Shown here piece after piece: positions 56,316-64,000 of a stretch of DNA of 64,000 nucleotides (the stretch's first letter is position 1; the number at the start of each line of letters is the position of its first letter). Position numbers and translations under genes: made by a program. Source of the DNA: a bacterium (GTDB lineage: Bacteria; Hinthialibacterota; Hinthialibacteria; Hinthialibacterales; Hinthialibacteraceae); assembly GCA_963662285.2 (NCBI GenBank), contig CAXXMV010000003.1, forward strand, positions 160,001 to 224,000, written 5' to 3'. The notes under the pieces are model-generated. The model was not told the origin of the DNA. It saw nothing but the letters and a program-made list of their open reading frames with translations, and did no database searches.

Positions 56316-57677
56316 TCAAGCCTCTATTTGCTTCTCTATCAAACAGGTAATCGTCACATCATCTTGCCCATCCAGCAGAGACTGAATGGTCGCGGAAATT
56401 TGTTCATCCGGTTTTTGATGAGTTGACAATGATCCATTCTTGATACCCAACAGTCTACTCAGAACCTCTTTTAAACTGATCTGATCTGGATTCCCGTTGG
56501 GATAATACATACCATGTAAATTATCCTGATGAACCAGTTTCGCTTTTTCCAACTCACGAAGACAGCGTTTCAATTGTAAAAAGGTCATCTCTTCCAACTC
56601 TTCCAGTTGAGATTGTGAAACGCCAAATTGTTTTTCCTTAAAGTGACGGCAGATATCCAGAAACACATAGATGGTCTGCAAAGGCGTATGAGACGCCCAG
56701 GTTCCGCGTCTGCGTAAACGGATAAGATGACGGTCATAATCCTGAATAGTGGTTGCAATAACAGGACCCAGCAGGAAACATAAATAGCCGTAATACAACC
56801 AGCAAATAAACAACGGAATGGCTGCTAAGGTGCCGAATATCGAATAATACCCTTCCGTAGTCAAGGCGTAATTAATGTAGTAGTCAAAAATCACTTTAGC
56901 CGTCTCCCACAGTATGGCGGATAGAGCGCTGCCGATCAAAGAAGGTATGAAATCAACATGTAGATTGGGCAGATAGCGGTTGGCTACCAGAAAAGCGAAG
57001 AGGGTGAGGGTGTAAGAAACGCCATGCAAAAAAATCCAGGCGCCCCATTCACTGGTCATAAAACTCGATATAGCCTTGGTTGAAGCAAATTGAGTTGTGT
57101 AATAATATGATAACGCCAACAACAAAGGCGTTATGGTAAGCAATATCCAAAAAGCCAGGAAACGGGCGAACAGATTTCTCCTCTGCCTCACCGACCATAT
57201 CTCATTAAAGGCATGTTCGATGCTGTTAAATAAACTGACGCTGGCGATGATCAGAAGAATCAGGATCACAAAACGCAACGATTTGGTATTATCAACAAAA
57301 CTCAGTAACTCACGTTTGGCGCTCAACACCTCTATGTGCTGACTGTCCGCGCCGGGGATGAAATGATCAAAAAAGAAATCAAATACTCTATTGCTGAATA
57401 CTTCCTCCTGGAGGCCTTCAGGACTGGTGACGGTCACCGATTCGCTTGAGGTGAATGCGCTTATTATGGTCAATGAAATTGCCAGTATGGGAACCAACGA
57501 TAGAATAGTTGAATATCCGCATACCGAGGCATGCGCCCATACCCCTTTATCATTGAACAAGCGCCATAAAATTCTAAGGCCATATCCGAAACTAAAAGCT
57601 GAATGTTTCAACTTCACTGGAGTCTTAACTGCTTGCTCCTGATTGGCTGAACTAGCCAGTTCCAATGAATTATCCAA
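56316..57677 (-). CDS. YihY/virulence factor BrkB family membrane protein with C-terminal winged-helix-like domain
   Basis: YSTILSLVP, FNSIEHAFNEIW, ITPLL, LWETAK, IFGTLAAIP..W.Y; TTG start with AAGGA SD. Confidence 0.85.
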   Translation of the reverse strand: MDNSLELASSANQEQAVKTPVKLKHSAFSFGYGLRILWRLFNDKGVWAHASVCGYSTILSLVPILAISLTIISAFTSSESVTVTSPEGLQEEVFSNRVFDFFFDHFIPGADSQHIEVLSAKRELLSFVDNTKSLRFVILILLIIASVSLFNSIEHAFNEIWSVRQRRNLFARFLAFWILLTITPLLLALSYYYTTQFASTKAISSFMTSEWGAWIFLHGVSYTLTLFAFLVANRYLPNLHVDFIPSLIGSALSAILWETAKVIFDYYINYALTTEGYYSIFGTLAAIPLFICWLYYGYLCFLLGPVIATTIQDYDRHLIRLRRRGTWASHTPLQTIYVFLDICRHFKEKQFGVSQSQLEELEEMTFLQLKRCLRELEKAKLVHQDNLHGMYYPNGNPDQISLKEVLSRLLGIKNGSLSTHQKPDEQISATIQSLLDGQDDVTITCLIEKQIEA

Positions 57678-57698
57678 TTTACATTCCTTCTGGTTTAA

Positions 57699-60107
57699 TT
57701 ATTGATTAATCCATGCTGTAATATCGCCAGCTGAAACCTTCTCATTGTCGATTTTCAATCGATCCAGCGCTTCGACTGTTTTATACGCAGTTTCCGCCCA
57801 ATCTGTTTCAAAAACGCCGTTGGTATTATGCATCAAAAGTCTGCTTGGCGCCAGCAGCGCCTGGGCAGTCCTGATATCACCCGCTCTGCGTAATCCCGGA
57901 ACAAATAATTTTTCCAGATACTGAGCATCATCATTGGAATCAAATTGATCCGCATCAATCACTATGCTTTGTAAATCATTAGTCATGGCCGCCGCCAATA
58001 AACACCACAAACCTGCGGCGCCGCTTCCAATCAGATTGATCTTTTTAATCTCGAAGCGTGATTTAAGAAAAGTGATTGAAGTAATAATATCTTGTACGCG
58101 CAACGCAGTTTCTGATTGGTTGTAAGTCAGAAAATGAGAAATATCAACATCACGCTTAGCTTTGCCAAATGGAGAATTAAATTCTCCCGTCATGAATGGA
58201 TCAATCAATAAAACCGCATGACCGTGATTGAGTAAAGTCTGTACTTGCTCTCCAGGTTTACCCGTTGATGCATTAAACCAGCCTTCTTTTCTATCTTGAT
58301 TGACCAGCAATGTACCATCAGATGATCCATGTAATGGAGAAATAAGGATTGCGGGAATCTCATCACCGACGCCTTTTCTACCGAGTAGCATCTTTTCAAC
58401 GAATAACTCGCCTTGTTTATCAGCTGCGATCCGTTTTATAACCAGATCATTCATATCAGGATTAATCACTCCCAGGCAGTGGCGTAATGCTAAATCTCCA
58501 TCCCGTCTCAAACGGCGAATTTTGCGGTTATCTGTAGGATGTATGTCTTGAAGTTGCTTTTGCGCCATTTCTTTCCAGTCAGTTACTAGTTCTTTTTCAC
58601 TTATAGCATTGTCTGGTAAGTCTCCAGGAAATACGCGCACTTTATTATCTGGTTCCATCGAGAATTTCTGTTCGAGAAAATCAGTTGAATTGTCATTATT
58701 CAAAAACCATTTGCCAAACCATGCATAAACCGCTTCACGGCTTAAGCGGTTATAATTATGGTTAGCATCGATTTGGATCACGCCGACATGGTCAGGCTTT
58801 TCAAATAGATCATAGATTGATTTAACCGCTGGATATTCAACGCGGAACGTCTCATTAGTCCAGTCACCAGTGCAGGACACCATCATCAAAGGGCGCGGCG
58901 CCATCATGGCGCCCAGTTCTAAATTACCAGAGTGGATGCGCATATTAGGCGCGTTCTCGCACAGACAACCCCCCTGAAAATGAGCTGACAGCATATTAAC
59001 TGGAGCAGCCACTTTGATGCGCTCATCAACCGCCATCAATCCATAAGTCTGCGTACCCCCGCCGGAAGCGCCGGTGCATCCAATGCGATCCTTGTCAACA
59101 TCTTCCAATTGCTCAAGAAAATCTATCGAACGCACTGAATTCCAGAAGTGCAGACCATGCAGCGACAATCCCCACAACCACTCCGCGCGTCCACCAAACT
59201 TATGAGACAGTTGTTTGCTGTCAACATAACCGATCATATCTATGGCCAATGCGATATATCCTTGTTTGGCGAAATTGATGCATCGCCCCGGTATCGAGTT
59301 GTTATCCGTGTCGGTCAAACGTCCTTCCGCCCAATGGCCATGAGGGCAGAGAATGGCTGGAAACGGCCCTTGCTTGCCGACCGGACGATATAGGTTGCCG
59401 GTTACGAAAAATCCCGGAAGGCTTTCAAAATATACCTTCTCTATCGAATAGTCATCACGTTTGATTTTATCAAATACTTTGGCGTTTAATTGAGTCCTGG
59501 GCGGTGTGGGAAAGCACCCCATACTAACTAGAAAATGATCTCTTAGTTCCCGTTTATGCTTTAACCATTCACGTTGAGTATTAAAATGAGGAAACGCATA
59601 GAAATGCTTATTGCTCAGCAGGATGCCCAATCGATCATCATCACTTTCATGCACAGCATCCGGGAAGACTTTGCATAAATCAAAATAATTATCCGGTCGC
59701 CATTCTGCATCATCTGCAAAAGCCAACCAACCAACGCTATTATGAGCAAGCGCTTTAGTTTCGGTATTAGAATATATTTGAATTGAGACGAATTGGTTAG
59801 CGCCTAGCTCACATCTACCGAAACGCTTCCATGAATAAACGCCATCAATAGCTTTGGGATCAGGTGATTTATCCAAGACTTTACCATCAATTTCTATGGT
59901 TAGCGATGCAGCATCCAGAGTCCACGCCCAGACGTTGTATTGTCCCTCTTGATCAATTTTTATCCCCTCAAGCGTCGATTGTTGAATCTGGTCATTATCT
60001 AATACAACTACCGAACCGCCGCAAAAAACTGTTGCTGGCATTATGATCAATAATAGAAATAATGTTGTTAGAAATACAGAAGATTTTTTTATTACATCGC
60101 TAATCAT
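57699..60107 (-). CDS. Secreted alpha/beta hydrolase (acetylxylan-esterase-like)
   Basis: EKVYFESLPGFFVTGNLYRP, CPHGH, GCTGASGGGTQT nucleophile elbow, APRP, HNY; second degenerate hydrolase domain. Confidence 0.82.
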   Translation of the reverse strand: MISDVIKKSSVFLTTLFLLLIIMPATVFCGGSVVVLDNDQIQQSTLEGIKIDQEGQYNVWAWTLDAASLTIEIDGKVLDKSPDPKAIDGVYSWKRFGRCELGANQFVSIQIYSNTETKALAHNSVGWLAFADDAEWRPDNYFDLCKVFPDAVHESDDDRLGILLSNKHFYAFPHFNTQREWLKHKRELRDHFLVSMGCFPTPPRTQLNAKVFDKIKRDDYSIEKVYFESLPGFFVTGNLYRPVGKQGPFPAILCPHGHWAEGRLTDTDNNSIPGRCINFAKQGYIALAIDMIGYVDSKQLSHKFGGRAEWLWGLSLHGLHFWNSVRSIDFLEQLEDVDKDRIGCTGASGGGTQTYGLMAVDERIKVAAPVNMLSAHFQGGCLCENAPNMRIHSGNLELGAMMAPRPLMMVSCTGDWTNETFRVEYPAVKSIYDLFEKPDHVGVIQIDANHNYNRLSREAVYAWFGKWFLNNDNSTDFLEQKFSMEPDNKVRVFPGDLPDNAISEKELVTDWKEMAQKQLQDIHPTDNRKIRRLRRDGDLALRHCLGVINPDMNDLVIKRIAADKQGELFVEKMLLGRKGVGDEIPAILISPLHGSSDGTLLVNQDRKEGWFNASTGKPGEQVQTLLNHGHAVLLIDPFMTGEFNSPFGKAKRDVDISHFLTYNQSETALRVQDIITSITFLKSRFEIKKINLIGSGAAGLWCLLAAAMTNDLQSIVIDADQFDSNDDAQYLEKLFVPGLRRAGDIRTAQALLAPSRLLMHNTNGVFETDWAETAYKTVEALDRLKIDNEKVSAGDITAWINQ

Positions 60108-60345
60108 TTCCTTCTCCCTTATTCAAATAAGTTTTGATTAAGTTTAAATATCCATAATGCATTGTCCATAATTTATTAGGAGCTGCAAGATATGATGACC
60201 ATTTATCGAATATTAAAATTGGATTTTTATGTCTTATCTACTGTGGAAAACAGCATAATAACGTAAGGATGGAATCAAATATCTAGTTATCCGTCCAACT
60301 AATATCGTAGGTCAACCAAGTTCCCTCTCCCATCGTGAGATCATG

Positions 60346-60435
60346 GGCGCCAAGGGCAAGACCGCATTGCGGTCAGCCCTTGATCAAACCACCTATTGTT
60401 GGGTGAAAATCACTTAATTTAATGATATTGGCGTC
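60346..60435. mobile_element. MITE-like element (47-bp palindromic repeat copy 2 with GGCGCCAA/TTGGCGTC ends)
   Basis: Shares the 47-bp core with 25679..25725; terminal inverted repeats; appears to interrupt a CCCTCTCCC..GGGTGAGGG repeat. Confidence 0.5.
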
Positions 60436-60494
60436 TAGGGTGAGGGGGAATATAAAAACACTAAAAGTAAAACAATAATATATCGATATAAAAC

Positions 60495-61427
60495 TTAAGG
60501 CTTATCCGAAATTACCGGCTGTTCAGAGACGACTTTGATGTCTACCTCCATCTTAACGGTTGTTTCGATTGGGTTTCCGCTGCCGAAAGCTGCAATTTTC
60601 GTTGATACATTGGACGATTGTTTAACCGCAATTACTGATCCTTTATCAAGGTTGAACTGATAATGCAGCACCTGCTCGGTTGATGACTCTTCAATTTTAA
60701 TTGGCCCCATCGCCATTGGCATTGCAGCGCCTTTGCCGCCTGCTGACGGATCAATGTCAAAATTTTTCAATATGGTGGAATTTTTGGTCGTGATAAAGGC
60801 AATCTTATCCCCTTCAATTTCAGTAACCTCATCAAGCGTCGACTCAAGGCTGGTTTGTCCGTTACTGTCCAAACCAAGCGCTTTTGAATCAAAACCATTT
60901 TTCCAACTCTCTCCAACTGCAATCTCTTTATCAGGAAGAGTAAAGAAAATCGAATGCCCCATCTGGGTGATATTCATGGCCTGCATACCCATCATGCCTG
61001 ATGACGTTTCAACACCACCTCCTATTATCTCTCCACTGGGCGTCACTTGGATCGTCTCAGAATTTTTGGGAATCATGGCCGATGGCAATTCATTTGATTG
61101 ATTGGCGAAATTCATGGTTCCCTTGAAGTCTTTGACGTCAAATTGAACCGATGCAACGCCATTATCATCCACATCAACTATATTGCTCGATAGCGCCATT
61201 TTCATCTTCATCGTGATCGGCATGGACATCGGACCCAATTGAGTCTTGGTCTCAGAAGTGACGTCAAGCACCAGGTACTGGATATCATTCTTTTTCAGTG
61301 AAAATTTCAGGGAATATTTTTCCCCCGCCTTTTCGCTTTTAGATACTGCTTCCTCCTGCGCATAAACAACACTTGAACAAATTGCAGTTACAATTATTAA
61401 GATTAAGGCCGTACGCATTTTTCTCAT
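60495..61427 (-). CDS. Secreted hypothetical beta-rich protein (DUF6263-like)
   Basis: Signal peptide; YSLKFSLKK; LPDKEIAVGESW motif; FNLDKG. Confidence 0.6.
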   Translation of the reverse strand: MRKMRTALILIIVTAICSSVVYAQEEAVSKSEKAGEKYSLKFSLKKNDIQYLVLDVTSETKTQLGPMSMPITMKMKMALSSNIVDVDDNGVASVQFDVKDFKGTMNFANQSNELPSAMIPKNSETIQVTPSGEIIGGGVETSSGMMGMQAMNITQMGHSIFFTLPDKEIAVGESWKNGFDSKALGLDSNGQTSLESTLDEVTEIEGDKIAFITTKNSTILKNFDIDPSAGGKGAAMPMAMGPIKIEESSTEQVLHYQFNLDKGSVIAVKQSSNVSTKIAAFGSGNPIETTVKMEVDIKVVSEQPVISDKP

Positions 61428-61728
61428 TGTATTATCATCTCCAAATCATGCTGATCCCTAATATAACGTTCGGCTAAACGTTTTCTATACTAATAATTTT
61501 CAAAATCCACTTCTATACCATTTTATCATCATAAATCAAATTTCAGCAAAAAATGAGGTTCTTGTAAATGGCGGAAATTTCTTAAAGGTAGCAAATGGCA
61601 ATTGGATTATGCTTGGAAGCGATTATTTCTTATTTTCAATTACTGTTGTTGCAAATATATTGACAGGCGTTGACAAGTTGTATCTATATGAGAGAATATA
61701 TTACTAATATCATCTAGGTGAAAGCAAA

Positions 61729-63369
61729 ATGAAACGTTATATAACTCTGTCCAGTATTCTTTTGATTAGTCTATTATTTATTCATGCTGCGAGAGCGCAG
61801 AATATCAATACAACAGAAAATTTCCCCGATCCCAATTTCAAATCTTATGTGGAAGAATTCATGGGAGTCGCTCCTGGCGGAGAATTCACCGCAACAGAAG
61901 CGGCGGCAAAAACAGATATATTTGATTGCAGCGGGAGAAAAATCAAGAGTGTTGAGGGATTGCATTATTTTCCAAATATCACGAGATTGGTTTGTTATAA
62001 CAACTATCTGACCATTTTAGACGTATCAAACTTCAAGGCTTTGCAAGTGATTTCTTGTGGTCAAAACCAAATCAAAAACTTGGATGTAACCCATAATACG
62101 GATTTGTATGCTCTAAGTTGCTCTGATAACCAATTAGCGGAATTAGATGTATCGTGCAACGCAGTTCTAGAACATTTAAGTTGTAGTGGTAACCAAATAA
62201 CTGATCTGAATCTATCATCAAAACCAAATATGACGGAATTAAGGTGTGGGAATAATCTATTAACAGAGCTGGATTTATCATCCAATACGTCTTTGATGAG
62301 ATTGCATTGTGAGGATAACCAATTATCAGAACTGGATTTATCATCCAACTTAGATTTATTTTTGATATTATGCGATGATAACAATTTAACTGAACTAGAC
62401 ATCGAATCCAACACTGCTTTGCGAGACTTTAGTTGTAACAACAACCAGTTAACAAAATTGAATTTAACCAATTCGAGTTTGATAATATTGTTTTGTAACT
62501 TTAACCAGTTGACAGAATTAGACATATCATCCAACAAATCTTTACGCTGTTTGGAATGCTCTAGTAATAAATTAACCAACTTAAATCTATCATCCAACAG
62601 ATTTTTGTTTCGTGTTTGTTGTGATAACAACCAGTTGGCGGAATTGGATTTTTCGGGCAACAGGTCTTTGACTTGGTTGAATTGCGGTAACAACCCTTTA
62701 TCCATCCTGAATGTATCGTCCAACAGGATATTGGAACGCTTTTACTGTGATAACAACCATTTATCGATCCTGGATGTATCTAATAAAAAGAACTTGGAAT
62801 ATTTTGATTGTAGTAATAACCAATTAAGCAATATGGATATATCGTCCAACAAGGCTTTGTATGAACTTAATTGTATTAATAATAAATTAACCGAACTCGA
62901 TGCATCGTCTAATCCTGCTTTGGTAAATTTGCGATGTAGCGGTAATCAGTTAACAGAATTGGATTTGTCTGCTAATACGTCATTGGCCTGGTTGTATTGC
63001 AGTAACAACCAGTTAACCGAATTGGATTTATCAACAAATACCGATTTAGTCTGGTTTCAATGCAATGACAATAAGTTAAAGGAACTTGATCTATTAAATA
63101 ATACAAGAATAAATGAAATGGATTGTCATAATAACCAAATTCAAGATATATCAAGTATGGTTTCGTTAAGTCATCTAGCAACTGCAAATGTAATGTATAA
63201 CAACCTCGATTATGACGATTGGCCTGATGTGAAATCTATGATTGAGCATTTGGGTAAACCTGTTTTCTCAGAAGATAAGCTGATACGCGGTTTTGCTTAT
63301 TCTCCTCAAAACAATTTTGATCCCTATAACTTTAATACAAGTATAAAAGACTGGATGTTACACTACTAA
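61729..63369 (+). CDS. Secreted leucine-rich-repeat (internalin-like) protein with C-terminal DW tail
   Basis: Signal peptide; NFPDPNF N-cap; about 19 repeats of 21 aa (LxxLxCxxNQLTELDLSxN); ends TSIKDWMLHY. Confidence 0.9.
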   Translation: MKRYITLSSILLISLLFIHAARAQNINTTENFPDPNFKSYVEEFMGVAPGGEFTATEAAAKTDIFDCSGRKIKSVEGLHYFPNITRLVCYNNYLTILDVSNFKALQVISCGQNQIKNLDVTHNTDLYALSCSDNQLAELDVSCNAVLEHLSCSGNQITDLNLSSKPNMTELRCGNNLLTELDLSSNTSLMRLHCEDNQLSELDLSSNLDLFLILCDDNNLTELDIESNTALRDFSCNNNQLTKLNLTNSSLIILFCNFNQLTELDISSNKSLRCLECSSNKLTNLNLSSNRFLFRVCCDNNQLAELDFSGNRSLTWLNCGNNPLSILNVSSNRILERFYCDNNHLSILDVSNKKNLEYFDCSNNQLSNMDISSNKALYELNCINNKLTELDASSNPALVNLRCSGNQLTELDLSANTSLAWLYCSNNQLTELDLSTNTDLVWFQCNDNKLKELDLLNNTRINEMDCHNNQIQDISSMVSLSHLATANVMYNNLDYDDWPDVKSMIEHLGKPVFSEDKLIRGFAYSPQNNFDPYNFNTSIKDWMLHY

Positions 63370-63527
63370 AATGGTTTATAATAATCTCGATATCCCTTAA
63401 CGGAACATTTGTACAACTCTGTAACTCAATTTCAACGATAATATGAATAATCATGATATAGGATTTTGCATTTAGATGGATTAGTAAGACTGTTTCATCA
63501 TCTAAAACTGGTTAGAAAGTTAAGCGC

Positions 63528-64000
63528 ATGTCATTGCCTACGTCATTCTTCAATTGGTTAAGAAGAGATGCGAAATTCATAGGCTTAAATGCCATCGGAA
63601 TTATTCTGTATGGTTTTCTGTTAATTCATTTTGATCGATCAATAGATCTTCCTTTCCTTAATATGGAGGACTTTCTAATCTTTATATGCATCCCAGTTAT
63701 ATATTCCATCTTTTTCTACTCTCGCATAACTTTTCTTTTTATGTTGCTAATCACATTCCTTTCATTGTCTTGGATTATCTTTTTCATCGATTATAAAAAT
63801 TATTATCAATCGTTCCAAACAATTGTGATTTTTGCAGGAATGATTCTCTGCGTTAGAGAGATTATACATCACATATTAATCAAGCGTGAACATACCGAAG
63901 AAGCATTACGGGAGAGTGAGGGACGCTATCGGACGGTTGTGGATCATACTGATGATTTTGTTTGGCAGATTGACATTAATGGATCTATTAAATTCGCTAG
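63528..64000 (+). CDS. Partial membrane-bound PAS sensor protein (kinase or cyclase); runs off the window end
   Basis: Not in the track; translated by hand: MSLPTSFFNW, about 4 TM helices, then EEALRESEGRYRTVVDHTDDFVWQIDINGSIKFA (coiled coil and PAS start). Confidence 0.8.
   Translation, partial: MSLPTSFFNWLRRDAKFIGLNAIGIILYGFLLIHFDRSIDLPFLNMEDFLIFICIPVIYSIFFYSRITFLFMLLITFLSLSWIIFFIDYKNYYQSFQTIVIFAGMILCVREIIHHILIKREHTEEALRESEGRYRTVVDHTDDFVWQIDINGSIKFA

Noticed and set aside
61660-61697. Tandem TTGACA boxes upstream of the LRR gene
   Set aside because: They are plausible -35 elements, but there is no convincing -10 at 17-bp spacing, so I did not call a promoter.
62061-62723. 220-aa antisense ORF with periodic sequence
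   Set aside because: It is the shadow of the LRR repeats on the opposite strand.

Overview
This 64 kb window is bacterial chromosomal DNA with AT-rich intergenic regions. It is dominated by secreted carbohydrate-active enzymes: three GH106-like genes (one frameshifted), GH10, GH97, GH20, DUF1080 proteins, an SGNH hydrolase and an acetylxylan-esterase-like protein. It also carries c-di-GMP/PAS signalling genes, an orphan hypAB pair, a PPi-type phosphofructokinase, hisI, tRNA-Lys(UUU) and an orphan prepilin-type gene. The main feature is an 11.6 kb gene for a ~3,860-aa secreted protein. It contains three pro-domain + papain/C39-like Cys-His-Asp modules, five 169-aa Cys-rich repeats, Pro/Thr linkers, FG-GAP repeats and an M6-type zinc metalloprotease. 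Two unrelated secreted proteins end in the same short tail ([ST]-[GS]-I-x-D-W-x-L-x-[FY]), a candidate sorting signal. Other observations are a MITE-like palindromic dispersed repeat, GTAG REP-like elements, a BlaI-family gene remnant missed by the ORF track, and a stand-alone multi-TM sensor-like protein paired with a 79-aa protein. I saw no CRISPR array, rRNA, integrase or transposase. The protein style (TPTP linkers, FTLIELLIVVAIIGILAAIAVPNF pilins, DW tails) resembles uncultured OLB16/Hinthialibacterota- or Sumerlaeota-like bacteria; this is an unverified inference. All family calls come from motif recognition by eye, without database searches.
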